A DNA stretch of 64,000 nt from an uncultured virus (IMG/VR IMGVR_UViG_3300014969_000015) (Duplodnaviria > Heunggongvirae > Uroviricota > Caudoviricetes). The stretch lies in IMG/VR virus record IMGVR_UViG_3300014969_000015; one strand, 5' to 3'. The position numbers and the translations under genes are program-made. Numbering within the stretch: the stretch's first letter is position 1; every line of letters starts with the position of its first letter. This document shows, piece after piece, positions 31,935 to 43,319 of this stretch. The notes under the pieces were generated by a model, which made no database searches, was not told the origin of the DNA, and saw only the letters and a program-made list of their open reading frames with translations.

Positions 31935-32767
31935 TGCCGCATCTCCCCGCCATGGATCCAGCAGATCGCCTCGCTGGCGTACTCGCGCTCGTAGGCGCTG
32001 CACGTCCTGACGTCGACGACCTCAACGGACCCGGCACGGTTCGTGAAGATTTTGCCGCTGATCCTCGACGCGAGGAGCGGACCGAACCAGCGCAGCCGGC
32101 GCTCCATGACCTCGTCCGTCGTCTTCATCGGGATCTCCAGGCATCAGAGCGCAGATGTGCCAGCTCACAGACATTGCTGTCGCAGGGCAGCGCAAGTCGC
32201 ATCTCAAAGGGGCACTCGTTGTGCCGCGTGTCGCGATCGGTGATGCGGGTGATCACGACACAGCCACACTCGTATTCTTGGGGATTGTCCTGAGGTTCGT
32301 TGTGGCGTGACACTTCCGGCATGACCTTGAGGGTGTCGTCGGGCACCCGCCCACTGCTCACCAGGTAGCGCATCCAGCGCAGGATCGCTTGATCCCGGTC
32401 GTTGGGTGGACCGTACTCCTTGGCGAAAACGTCCAGCTGCTCTGTCGCGAGATCTCGTAAGGTCTGCGTCACGGCGCCAGTCCTTCCTCGCGAAGTTGCT
32501 CTTCTCGGCGGCGGGCCCGCTCGAAGGCTTCCTCCCACGAGGGCCCCTTCCCCATCACAACGTAACCGTTAGAGAGTAACTCTCCCGACGCGTTGCGCTC
32601 CTGGCCGGCGCTTCCGCCGCGCGTGTAGTAGCCGACCTCGTATCGATCGACAACGTTTTTGCGACGGATGACCACGTAGCCCACACGATCCTTGGGTGCG
32701 GTACCCGGGGTGCCCCAAAGTTTGTGGGCCTTTATGGAGGCGGCTCTACGGTTCATGCTGGATGATT

Positions 32768-32784
32768 AAGCAGTTTTCGTGCCG
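32768..32784 (-). promoter_or_regulatory. Putative sigma54 -24/-12 promoter
   Basis: CGGCACGAAAACTGCTT (GG-N10-GC), 13 nt before ATG 32756, in the intergenic gap after the activator gene. Confidence 0.6.
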
Positions 32785-32900
32785 AGTCGGGTGTATAGGT
32801 AAGTTATAGGAAGTAGCGGGGCGAGTACGTGCTTACCCCGTCTTTAGGGTTCACACCGCTACTCCTTGGGATACGGGTAGTAAGACACCCAGGGAGTCCA

Positions 32901-33923
32901 TCAGGGGGCTTTACCGGGCCTGCCGGGCCTGCCATGAGGCAGTCCATATTGTTTCACCTTGCCGAAAAACGTGCGCATGGGCATCGACAGAAGCAGGGCC
33001 GCTCGAGTCTGGTTTCCCCCGGTGGCCTCAAGGGCCTCCCGGATCCGCGTGATCTCTAACTCGCGCAACTCATCGGCCAGGGGGCGGAACTGGCGATCGA
33101 CTAGAGATCCCGCACCCATTGGGTCGACCTCCGGGGCGTGCTGCAGCGTGACCGTGCGCACGGATAGCACTTCACTAACGTCGCGTGGAAGTAGGACGGT
33201 GCTCCCCAGTGTCGTGGCAAAATATTGCATCACGTTCTTGAGCTCTCGGACGTTTCCGGGCCAAGCGTGGGCTCGCAGGACGAGCATGGCCTCCGGCGAA
33301 ATGGTCATCGGGCCGCCCCCTATCAGGCGCCGTGCCTCTTCGAGGAACGTGCTGGCCAAGATCGAGATCTCGGAAGGGCGTTGACGCAGTGGGGGAATCT
33401 CCAGAAGCGCCCCGGAGAGTCGAAAGAACAGATCGCTCCGGAAACGGCCTGCCGATACCTCGGCCCGCAGGTCTCGATTGGTCGCGGCGAGGATGCGGAC
33501 GTCGACCGCGCGCTCCTGTACATCCCCCACACGGGTGAGCCTTCCTGATTCCAGGACCCTCAACAGCTTAGCCTGGGTGATTGGACTGAGTTCTCCGATC
33601 TCATCCAGGAACAGGGTGGATCCAGTCGCTGCCTCAATCAGCCCTGCTTTTGCGGTTACAGCCCCAGAGAACGCCCCGCGCTCGTGCCCGAACAGTTCGC
33701 TCTCTGCGAGATGCTCGTGTAGCGCAGCGCAGTTGAGCGGGATCATTGGAAGCCGCACGCGGGGCGAACCTGCATGGAGCGCGGCAGCTACGAGTTCTTT
33801 TCCGCAGCCTGTTTCCCCGATAATCAGGACTGGTAGGTCCGCTGGGGCCAGTTTGCGGATCTGCGCGTAGATCCGCACCATGACGGGATCTTCGACGATA
33901 GGTGAGAGTATCCTTTCCTTCAC
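32901..33923 (-). CDS. Sigma54-dependent enhancer-binding protein (AAA+ plus Fis HTH) with no sensory domain
   Basis: GETGCGKE, ESELFGHERGAFSGA, LFLDEIGE, AATNRDL, WPGNVREL, ALEATGGNQTRAA. Confidence 0.95.
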   Translation of the reverse strand: MKERILSPIVEDPVMVRIYAQIRKLAPADLPVLIIGETGCGKELVAAALHAGSPRVRLPMIPLNCAALHEHLAESELFGHERGAFSGAVTAKAGLIEAATGSTLFLDEIGELSPITQAKLLRVLESGRLTRVGDVQERAVDVRILAATNRDLRAEVSAGRFRSDLFFRLSGALLEIPPLRQRPSEISILASTFLEEARRLIGGGPMTISPEAMLVLRAHAWPGNVRELKNVMQYFATTLGSTVLLPRDVSEVLSVRTVTLQHAPEVDPMGAGSLVDRQFRPLADELRELEITRIREALEATGGNQTRAALLLSMPMRTFFGKVKQYGLPHGRPGRPGKAP

Positions 33924-35773
33924 GCGTCTGTGCCGATGGGCTTCATATGCTCAGGCAAGGGTTCATTCCGTGCCACACAGCGAAGTGCCATGAGCCCGCG
34001 TGTGTAATCACCACTCTGCGACCATGGAGGTTTGTGCCATTCCAAACAGGCCGCGATGTATAACAGTTCGGCTATGAATGAAATCATCCGCGGTTAGCTT
34101 CTTTCATGGAGCATTCCACTCGACAGCGCTCCTTATGTGAGAACCTTAGATAGCGCGAGCGTAAGCTCGCCCCACTCGGGTTCAGTTCGATCTCCCTGGG
34201 TCGCGACGAATTTCTGCGCGGCTGCCACAATCTCCAGAAGCACGGGCCACGTGTCCCAGAGCACACCGTGCACAGTGTGCTGGGCGTCGGTTTTTTGCAG
34301 CTCTGAAATACTTGGCTTGTTGTAGGCCGAGCACGTCCCCGCGCCCGCGTGACTTAGTAGCAGATCGGCACCTTTGTGCTCAACGTGTTCGATTCCGCCT
34401 CCGCTCTCGCTGACTTGATAACAGCCACGTCCATGTTGGACGTCGCCCCATAAATCCGGCACGGCGCTGCAGACCTTGCACTGATAGTCGAGCGCGCGGA
34501 TCTTTAGAATCGCACTTTCGAGACGTTCCTGTGGAGATTCAAGGGGTGATTTCTTGTTTTTCATACGCTCACTTCACCATCATCACCAATGGAATACACC
34601 CGACCTGCTCGCACGCAAGTGGTCATATTGTCAAAGCTGTACAGCGTCGTTGCAAGTCCTCCATCCAGCCATGTCACCGTGGCTTCCCAGCTGTGGGCGT
34701 CCTCCCAACGGCGCGCCTTGCCTGCCAGGCGCATCGCATGGATGTTTTCAGGCAGGACTTGCGCATCAGGATAGCGCGTGGTTTTGTCGCGTCCCGGTAT
34801 CGATCTTATGTAGGCCGTGAGGATCTCGGCCAATTTGCAGCGGGTGCGCCCAATCGTGTTCCAGCGGTGTGCTCGGGGCTCTCGACGTGCGTTGTCACCC
34901 ATCGATTGGTTCTCCGACGGATGGACACACCTCGCGATCCTTATCCGTCCGCAATGGACGAGCATCGAAATGCCAAGGCACGTGGCCTTTCTTCTGCTCT
35001 CCAATCGATAGGCCGAAGTGCAGCCCACACGTCCTGCACTGAAATGACTTGTCGGGAGGTCCAGAAGATCTAGAGCCGTTCACTTGCATCCCCTTGGATG
35101 AGTGCCGGATAAGCCCCGGGCGGGGCGGGCGTAGCAAATAAAATCGCCGGTTATGGATCGGTTGCGCCCAGCGCCCCGCGTTCCGGGTTTGCCAACCTCG
35201 AACGTGACCTCGTAGACCGAGATCCGTCCTTGTCTGTCGTCATCATCAACAAAGTAAACGATCTTGTCCACATGAGGCACGAGCAACGGGTGCTCGTACA
35301 CCCGGCGATCGGTCATATGTTTGGAACCGCGTGACCCGCCGATCGTGAAACGCCCCCCGTCGAGAACACGACGAGTGCCCTGCATCCCGACCTCTCCGCA
35401 CCTGAACGTGTGAATAAAACGTCCCATTTACACCGCAGGCTCGACGATGGCCGTTGCCCACACGCTGTCGGTTGGATATTCGGCAACGATTTTCTTCGCG
35501 TTGCGCGCGAGCTTGTAGATCTTGGCTTCGGTCGCGTCGCGGGTGAACCAAGCCCCGTCCCACTGACCGGGGGCATAGTACGCGGGCATGCCAGAGATCG
35601 TCAGCTTGATTCGGTACTTGTTAGACATCGGCTAACGAATAAGCAACGCGTGTGCCACCGAAGACTCCTGGTCAACCGCTTGTATTGCCTTACTGGGTAA
35701 ATTCATACCCGTCTCTGACAAGTCACGAAAGGGACGAGTACGCATCCACCAAGATACGGGTAGGTATGTACCC

Positions 35774-36100
35774 ATGGAGGTAGCGAAAAACACTTCGCGA
35801 GTCGTGAACGATCTGACGACCAAGGAGCAGAAGGCCGTGCGCACCGCGCTGCGGTTCCTGCGGCTGCGCGTCGGCGCCTGGGGGCCGCTGGCCAAGGCGC
35901 TGCGGTACGAGTGGGACAGCATCCATAAGGTCGCCACCGGCAAGCGGGCCGTTACGCCCGCGCTGGCGCTGCGGGTGGCACGGTTCGCCGGGATCGCCAT
36001 GGACGAGCTACTCGCGGGGCAGTGGCTGTCGTCCCGGGTCTGCCCCCACTGCGGGCACCCGCCCGAGGACTTCGTCGACGAGGAGACGGTCGTCGAGTAG
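35774..36100 (+). CDS. Xre/HigA-like HTH protein with C-terminal CPHC motif
   Basis: LAKALRY....I.KVATGKRAVTPALALRVAR...RVCPHCGHPPEDF. Confidence 0.7.
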   Translation: MEVAKNTSRVVNDLTTKEQKAVRTALRFLRLRVGAWGPLAKALRYEWDSIHKVATGKRAVTPALALRVARFAGIAMDELLAGQWLSSRVCPHCGHPPEDFVDEETVVE

Positions 36101-36167
36101 GAGATGGCAACGAAACCAAAATGGTTGCGATATTTCGTTACAGCCTCGGCGTGATAGGATCGAGGAC

Positions 36168-36641
36168 ATGCCGAAGACGAGACGAGAACTCGACCGCGAG
36201 ATTAACAAAGTGCTTAGTCCGAGATTGGGTGTGGCGCGCGAGGCAAACGCAGGCGACCCCATCCGCTCAACCCCCAGGGATTCTCCTGCAGACTGGGTCT
36301 GGGCCTATCACGTCACTCCAAACGAATTCCTACCGTCGATCGCCAAGGACGGGCTGAAACCAGAGCGCCATCCTCATGTAAGGGGCGCTCCGGTAATCTT
36401 CGTTGAGCCTGACCTTGAAGGCGTGCTGCCCTATCACATCCGAAGTAAGACCTCCGTCCTCCGGTTTCGGACCCCTGGATTCGGAGATACGGAAGATGGG
36501 GAAACGGTACTCTACTCAGGAAGTCAACGCAGGCTGTCGCCCCCTGACCCTCCGTTCGTCGGTCGCCCTGGAAAACATGGCGTGATTCCCCCGCAGCGCC
36601 TTCAAATACTTCGTGACAACGCCTTCGTCTGGCTAACCTGA
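36168..36641 (+). CDS. Putative ADP-ribosyltransferase-fold protein with N-terminal shared tag
   Basis: MPKTRRELDREINKVL, then YHVT...LPSIAKDGLKP...IFV and IPPQRL, an ART/Tpt1-like pattern. Confidence 0.55.
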   Translation: MPKTRRELDREINKVLSPRLGVAREANAGDPIRSTPRDSPADWVWAYHVTPNEFLPSIAKDGLKPERHPHVRGAPVIFVEPDLEGVLPYHIRSKTSVLRFRTPGFGDTEDGETVLYSGSQRRLSPPDPPFVGRPGKHGVIPPQRLQILRDNAFVWLT

Positions 36642-37072
36642 GCTAGCTCCTCGGAGACTCGGAAACGGTGCTTGAAGATCGGGGGAGCTTGTCGCTTGCC
36701 TAACGGTTCTCGCCGAGGGAGCGTGGCTCGAATCGGGGTTCAAGGATCCGTCCCCCGTCGCGCTCGGCGGCACCCAGGAGCGCTCCCGCGTGACGGAGCC
36801 GTGCCATGAAGGGCTCCCTGCCCGTGACGTACTCGGACCTGCGGTGGAGCTGGTACGCGTAGTCCTGGCAGACCTGCCGGACGCGGCCCGGGGAGAGCCC
36901 GGCGCCGCGCGCGATGACCCCGTAGCTCGCCCCGGCCTCGTGCAGCATCCAGAACATCGCGGCCCGGCGGTCCATGTCGGCGGACCGCTTTTCCCTGGCC
37001 CTTTCCGCCCCTCGGACCTTCGCCTTCATGAGGCGATCCCCGCGTCCCGGCCGGTGCGGCACGGACGAAAAA

Positions 37073-37345
37073 ATGTGCAGGCTGTCCGAAGCTGCACATT
37101 TATTAGCGAGCGCTGCACAAGAATTCCGGGCGTATCGTCAAAAATGGACAAAGCCGCGTCTTTGGACGGACGATCCGATCCTTGCGGCGTACCGCTTTTG
37201 CAATGTGCGTCGAGAGGATGATCGGGTGACGGTCTGGATGGCGTTGCCTCATAACGCCTGCGTGCTTCTCGATCGTGTGATCTTGCCCCCTGACTGGTCC
37301 CCTAGCGTCACGCGCCTGTTCAGGCACTCCAGCGGCTGCCCCTAG
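37073..37345 (+). pseudogene. Fragment of a base-hypermodification helical-domain gene (aGPT-Pplase1 / 5-hmdU kinase helical type)
   Basis: WTDDPILAAYRFCNVRREDDRVTVWM, after which the ORF ends early. Confidence 0.6.
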
Positions 37346-37670
37346 TTCAGGTGGGGCTGCCCCGGCGCCTTGAGCGGAGAACTTGGACCGATCCGAGGGA
37401 ACGCGCTCGACACGGGCGGTCGGAGGTCGTCAAGCGGCTGCGCGCGAAGTTTCGCAACGGCGCTCGTCGACCTCGCGCTCGACGGATACCGCGTAGCCCG
37501 GGGCGGAACAAGGAAAGGTTCGCCCCGTTGGGTCCGGGACCACGCCTTCAGTCGAATTGAACCTTCCCCGGCGACCGACTGCAACCGCTTGGAGGCTTCC
37601 GACGCGAGCGCTCGCGTCTTGGGTTCAGGATCGAACGTACCACAACCCCTGCAGCGACGCCAGCTGAGGC

Positions 37671-39035
37671 TTACGTCAGCCTCTGCGGAAAGCAGGGCGT
37701 GCTCAAGAGGAGCGTGGCGGTATTCAGGGAGATTCCAACCTGGGAAGCCGCGCCGGTGGAGGGTTTGACCGCGGTGAGCCTCCCAGGATGGGAGCTCGTG
37801 TCCACGTAGTACGGGATTCCAGCTATCAGTCCGCCGGTGTCCGTGATCGCCGCCCACTGTGCTGGGGTCAGCTCCACCTTGCCAGCGAACTGCACCACGG
37901 CACGGTTGCCGTTCGTGATGTCGAACCCGACGACAAGGCCAACGGCTTGAGAAGCCTCCAGAGAAACGTCGCTGGTTGCCTCTCCCACGTGATCGGGGCC
38001 ATCTACTCTGACGGCTGCCCCAAGGAGGGGGACCGCGGAGAAGGCTGCCAGGAACGTTAAATCCCCCAATCGCTGCTGTGCCGTAGTGGGAGCAACGAGC
38101 ATCGTTGTGGGTGACAGGCCGACGCCGATTTGACAAACGAAGACGCCAGGTGAGGATGGAGCGGTTTCTGTGATCTTGGCGAAGTTTGGGAACAGCGCGA
38201 GGTAGTACGGGAGGCCCAGCACGAGCCCACCGGATTCTCCGGTGAGGGCGTCCCACTGTGCCGTCGTGAGCGTCAGCGGACCGGAGGTTTGGATCTGCAC
38301 TGTACCGTCTGCGTTGATGGAGGCTACGAGGCCGTTGACCTGCGAACCCTCCAGATCGTTCGTAGCGGCAGCAGGCTGGACAGTCGTGATGCCACCGGGC
38401 GCGCTTATCGCACCGACGAAGACGGGTTGGCCAAGGGCGGCTGCCAAGCTTCCGCCGCGGAAAGCTGCCTTGAAGGTGCCCTCGTTCAATCCAGAGCGCA
38501 GCGGGTTCCCCTCGGTACCGTTGCCCAGGATCGAAGTTCCATCCGTGACGACTGTGACGTCGCTGGTGTGGAGTGGGCTTACATCGGTTCCGTTGCCTAG
38601 GATCGAGATCCCGTCCGTGACGACTGGAACCGCACCGGTGTGGAGGGCGTTCCCTTCGGTCCCATTGCCCAGAATTGAGATCCCGTCCGTGACGATTGGA
38701 ACCGTGCCGGTGTGGAGGGCGTTCCCTTCGGTACCGTTGCCCAGGATCGAGGTCCCGTCCGTGATGACTGGAACCGCACCGGTGTGGAGGGCGTTCCCTT
38801 CGGTACCGTTGCCTAGGATCGAGGTTCCATCCGTGACGACTGAAACCTCGCCGGTGCGCAGGGGGTTCCCTTTGGTACCGTTGCCCAAAATCGAATCGCC
38901 GTCGGATACTACGGCTGCTTCTGTCGGTGGGGGTGCTGCCGGAGGAGGCGCTTGCGGGTCTTGCGCGTCCCGCGAATTTTCGCGATCGCAGCTACTGCGG
39001 ACCTGGCGCCCTCCAATAAGTTTTGCATCTGCCAT
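37671..39035 (-). CDS. Repeat-containing putative structural/fibre protein
   Basis: Six 24-aa repeats (TDGTSILGNGTEGNALHTGAVPVI, 72-bp period) and two copies of a G.L.LT.AQW.A.T...GL..G.PYY domain. Confidence 0.75.
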   Translation of the reverse strand: MADAKLIGGRQVRSSCDRENSRDAQDPQAPPPAAPPPTEAAVVSDGDSILGNGTKGNPLRTGEVSVVTDGTSILGNGTEGNALHTGAVPVITDGTSILGNGTEGNALHTGTVPIVTDGISILGNGTEGNALHTGAVPVVTDGISILGNGTDVSPLHTSDVTVVTDGTSILGNGTEGNPLRSGLNEGTFKAAFRGGSLAAALGQPVFVGAISAPGGITTVQPAAATNDLEGSQVNGLVASINADGTVQIQTSGPLTLTTAQWDALTGESGGLVLGLPYYLALFPNFAKITETAPSSPGVFVCQIGVGLSPTTMLVAPTTAQQRLGDLTFLAAFSAVPLLGAAVRVDGPDHVGEATSDVSLEASQAVGLVVGFDITNGNRAVVQFAGKVELTPAQWAAITDTGGLIAGIPYYVDTSSHPGRLTAVKPSTGAASQVGISLNTATLLLSTPCFPQRLT

Positions 39036-40082
39036 GAACTACTTTAGCTAAGCTTTCAGCGGATATGCCAATTTTAGTGGTGTAGTCACATATAGGCTAT
39101 TACGCATGTCGTTATATATGGGCTAGCGCGCCACGTCAGCACATGTGAGCCGACATCGCTTACGAATCAGCGCCGTGATCCCAGTCGACGCATCCGGCGG
39201 GTCCTCATCGATCATCGGGGGCGCCGCCGACAGCCGACAGCCGTCGGATTTCAATCATCGAAGGTCCATTTCGACCTGTCGAACGGTTGCGTCAACCGCG
39301 GCGCTTCAGGCAGGTACTTCCCAAGGGCAAGTACAAAGCCGGTACTTTGGCCAGATCTCACATCCAGCACGATGTGTCTTGCGCGCGATCCCAAGAGCCG
39401 CCAGGCGCTCTAGCAGTGCCGTCGCGATTCGCTGCTCGTCGGCGTCGAGCGGGCCGATTGTCCAGCGCACTGTGCACATAGCCAATTCATCGAGAAGCAG
39501 GTCGCGAGGATAGGTAGCGAACGAGGCGACCTGCGCGGACGTCATCTCATCGCGCGTCGGTACGGATTTATCGGAATGCCACAGCTTGTTTTGGATCGCG
39601 GCTGCTGCGAAGTCCCCACAGATCTGGCAGAGCTTGGCCGGCGGTGCCCATTCGCTAAGAGTAACTTCGACAAGATTGTTCTGTCTTACTCCACACGCCA
39701 CGCACGCACCACTGGTGAGTTCTACACGAATCATTCTGAAGTCCTTCCTGTGCCAGTGCCGCTATTAGATTTCCCCACCTAGTGCCTTGATGAGGGCTGT
39801 CGGGTCATGCGTAGGAGTGCCTGAGCCGCAGTGGTGACACTGCACGCTTCGGGGAGCAAGCTTATCGTTGAGCGGGCGAAACATTGACTGGGCTAGAGCG
39901 GACAAATTCTTCGGATCGGTTCGCTCGCGCGCGGCGGTGTGCTCGCATTCCAGTACGAGTAGCCAGATCGCAGCTCCTCGCGCACCTTCTCGCTCGAAGA
40001 TGTAGACGACCGAGCGCCTGGGTCCGGCGAGTTCGCTGGGCGTTCGTTTCATTGTTGCAGGGGTCTGGCGTGTTCGCAGATT

Positions 40083-40556
40083 TCAAGGATGGGTTTCATG
40101 AGAACCAAGCTTCATGCCGAGCTGGAGCCCCCTCTCGGCGAGCCGCTCTTTGATTTCTTGAAGTGTCCTATTGCCTAAATTTTTGATCTTTCGCATCTCG
40201 GACTCGGTCTTCTGGACTAGATCGACGATGTTCTTGACGCGCGCGTTTTGCAAGCAGTACATGGCGCGGTTGCTAAGTTTGAGGTCGTCGACCGCACCTT
40301 GCAGTTGCCTTGTGAGCACATGGGCCTTGATTGTCTCAAAGGCGTCGTTGCAAGACATTCCATTCTTCATCTCGTGCGCCAGTGTCATCCGGACGGCTTC
40401 CGCGAGAGCCTCAATCGCGACCTCGGGCTGAGTGTGTCCTGAGATGATGTCAAGTTCTTTACAGAACCCGATCCACTGGTTGGGGGTCTCAGGTTCTTGG
40501 AAAATTTCGAAGGTCAGCTTCATGTTTATCCGGTCGTCATCCAAGCGTGACGTCAA
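40083..40556 (-). CDS. HicB-like N-terminal domain fused to RNA polymerase alpha C-terminal domain
   Basis: VDDLKLSNRAMYCLQNA.VKNIVDLVQKTESEMRKIKNLGNRTLQEIKERLAERGLQLGM closely matches the RpoA CTD. Confidence 0.85.
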   Translation of the reverse strand: MTSRLDDDRINMKLTFEIFQEPETPNQWIGFCKELDIISGHTQPEVAIEALAEAVRMTLAHEMKNGMSCNDAFETIKAHVLTRQLQGAVDDLKLSNRAMYCLQNARVKNIVDLVQKTESEMRKIKNLGNRTLQEIKERLAERGLQLGMKLGSHETHP

Positions 40557-41725
40557 ACAATAGAGCCCGCAATCTCCAAGATCATGGCATCTGTCACCTT
40601 CTCAAAAGGCACACCGTTGTCCCCGCCGTATTCAAGATCGGTACAGTATTGGCGTAGGGATCGTAGTAGTGCCGCTACCTCCGATTCTCGACCGTCTGAT
40701 GCATATCCAGTCCAGTTGCCATGACCCACGAATTTGATCAGTGTCGTGATCACCCAGCACCCCTCCCACGTATCCTCAGGGGGATAGATCTTATGGACGC
40801 CCGGTAACGCTCGAACGACGTTGACGTCGCGGATACTGGAAGTCCTGAATTCACAGTCGATGCCCATAAATTACCTAGCGGTTTGTTACCCAGCGCAGGT
40901 TTAGCCGAACCATTCGCGTCTCAGCGTCGTCGATGACTCGATCAACCGGTAGGCAGTTTCGCAATAGTCTAACTCGATGTCACTGTAGACACAGGCTTTG
41001 ATGATCCGCCGCGCTTTGTTTTTTGCAAGCTTGACCAGTTTCTTGTCACTGAAAGCTGCCTCGATTACGGGCCCGTTCCAGTCGGTACCGCACAACAGCA
41101 CTTCGATCACCGCCCGCTTGGTGCCAAGCTTCACAGGGGCCCCTCGAATTTTCCATCGCGCGCAGCCATCACTGTTTACACCAGAGACACGATTTCTTTT
41201 TGCACTGACATCCGCAACTGGCCGCAATAAATGGGTGCTTGTGCGGTGGATGTGGACCCCCACATGTTGAACAGTGCGGATTTCCGGTCGCTGCCTCACG
41301 GCGAAGCGCCTCAGCGGTTTTTCTAAACATTGCCGCCTGATGATCGCCGACCGACATGCCCGGGCTGGATAGGTCAATGCCGCGCTCACGGTTCCATTTC
41401 GCCCGTGCTTGTGCTTCCACAGCCATTCGTTCCCAATGCTCAGCAGATTCTGCCGCGCCAACGTTCACTTGATCTCCTTGAACGTTTCAAGCCGACCTCC
41501 GTGAGCCTCGGCATTTCGATCAGCCACTGCATAACCAAGCTCGTAGAGGGCCTTGCGCCCGCGCTTGGCCCGCGGAAGCTCCACCCGTTCGGCCTGCCAG
41601 CCAGAGCCCTTGATTTCGGTCAAGGTGACGACAGCCCGGCGACTGTTGACATACTCGATAGTTCCATTAAAGCGCTTCATGGTTCATATATTGGCTGGGG
41701 GCGCGCCGGGTGTCAATTCTAACCC

Positions 41726-42355
41726 TTACAAGCCGTTTCGGGACTTATCCGAATCGGAATGCGCTGCGACGGTGATGTAGTGTCGATAGGTGAGCGAGAC
41801 ACGCGTCGACAGCGGCTTGTCACCTTTCGGTATGCGATGCTGGTGGGTGCGCTGCATACCCGCAGGCATCACAAAGATGGAGCCATGCTCGAGGAGCTGA
41901 CGCTGATCAGCCGGAATAATACCGGTCTGGCCCTTCTCGCGCCACCAGATCTCACGGGGCTGCCCGAACGACACGACAGCGATGGGGTGATCGTGGTCCA
42001 TCCCTGGCGAGTCATCGCTGTGCCAACCAAGCTGCATTGAAGAGTTATCGTAGCGGTTAAGGAAGCAGACGTTGTACTTGAATACGTCCTTCCGCGCGCC
42101 ATCTAGCCCGCCGATGTCATCACGGTTGAGTTGGTGCTGGATATCAAGAACCAGTCCCGAGTAGGGAACGGGAGTGTACGTTCGCACACCGCGGTCTTCA
42201 CCGTACGTATACGTGCCCAGGGTGGCCGACATGAAGCACTCCAGACGGGCATCCGTTACCTGAATCCAGGGGGTGCTGTGGAGGACATCTTCAAGAGCGA
42301 TGTTGAGAAAGCCAGAACGGAAGTAGTAGGGCTTCATGGAGGTCACGGGACGCAC
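41726..42355 (-). CDS. AlkB-family 2OG-Fe(II) dioxygenase
   Basis: NVCFLNRY, GWHSDD, IAVVSFG, HRIPK, RVSLTYR. Confidence 0.92.
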   Translation of the reverse strand: MRPVTSMKPYYFRSGFLNIALEDVLHSTPWIQVTDARLECFMSATLGTYTYGEDRGVRTYTPVPYSGLVLDIQHQLNRDDIGGLDGARKDVFKYNVCFLNRYDNSSMQLGWHSDDSPGMDHDHPIAVVSFGQPREIWWREKGQTGIIPADQRQLLEHGSIFVMPAGMQRTHQHRIPKGDKPLSTRVSLTYRHYITVAAHSDSDKSRNGL

Positions 42356-42365
42356 ACGACTTGTG

Positions 42366-42432
42366 AGACAGCTGCTACTTTGGCTAATTTAAGGCTGTAC
42401 GCGGCGCGGGACTTGGTCCCGCACTTGAAGGT
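42366..42432. repeat. Degenerate direct repeat of the tRNA-Leu 3' half plus downstream flank (partner at 45500-45563)
   Basis: ctactttggctaatt.aag.c.gtacgcg.cgcggga.t....cccgcacttgaagg is present at both sites. Confidence 0.8.
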
Positions 42433-42451
42433 CAGCCGTCTTCTCAGCGGC

Positions 42452-42862
42452 CTAGTCCTCTAGCGCCGAGATGCGCTTCTGCAGCTCCTTCTCCGACAGC
42501 TCGCTCAGCTTGCCGGCCTGCTTCTCGGCGAGGATGCTCAGGAGCTTCTCCTTCTCCTGCTTGCGCTCGGCGCGTGCCGCGGCGGTCTTTTCCTCGGCAA
42601 GCTTCGTGTCGATGACGTACTTCACAGTCTCCATCGCGGCCTCGCGGCGCGTGTGCTCGACCGTCTTGGTGGTCTCGACGAAGCTCTCCTCCGAGATCTC
42701 CTTGAGCGCCTTGTTCACGGCCTTGGCGATGGCGTTGAGGTTGAAGTCGTCACGCGCGCGGAGCGGGACGTCCCATAGCTGCTCGACGGTCAGTTCCCCG
42801 CGCATGGACGCGAAGCGGAGCTTGTTGCGGGTGGCGTACTCAAAGATGTTCTGCATGGTCAT
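42452..42862 (-). CDS. Phage-type coiled-coil hypothetical protein
   Basis: NIFEYATRNKLRFAS.RGELTVEQLWDVPL; strong GC3 bias. Confidence 0.8.
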   Translation of the reverse strand: MTMQNIFEYATRNKLRFASMRGELTVEQLWDVPLRARDDFNLNAIAKAVNKALKEISEESFVETTKTVEHTRREAAMETVKYVIDTKLAEEKTAAARAERKQEKEKLLSILAEKQAGKLSELSEKELQKRISALED

Positions 42863-43319
42863 GATCGTTTCCTTGTCGTGTGTATGCGTGTTACGAGGTT
42901 CGAGGCGTGATGGTATCCAGCAGTCGCTGGATGAGCTTGACGGCGTCTCGGTCAACGTCATGTGATTCCCAGTCAGCGTCAATCCATCGCTGGATTTGCT
43001 TGAGCTTCTTCGCGGACAAGGGACCCTTGCCCCGCGGCGAGCTCGCGCAGGTCGACGGCAGTCATGGCGATTACCTTTTGTGCTGGTATCTGATCGAGGC
43101 TCAATGTTCAGTGACCGACGTAGACGGAGACGTACTCCTTGCCCTTCTTGAGGTCGAACGGCCCAAGCTCGTCAACGTGATTGGTGACATGCGGCGTACC
43201 GAGGGGGTAGCAGCTGCCGGTCGAGCCGTGGCGGGCGTACACCTGCAGGTCGCCCTTGCCCTCGTCCTGCAGCTTGCGGAGCTGCTTGATCAGTTCGTTT
43301 AATTTCATCGTGTATCTCC

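Noticed and set aside
33965..34045. Three TGGCAC words upstream of the sigma54 activator
   Set aside because: None has GC at the -12 position with N10 spacing.
35705..41755. Similar TTTCG.GACTT.TC.GA words at about 35720 and 41740
   Set aside because: They are short, in opposite orientation relative to neighbouring genes, and one lies inside the alkB 3' end; likely chance.
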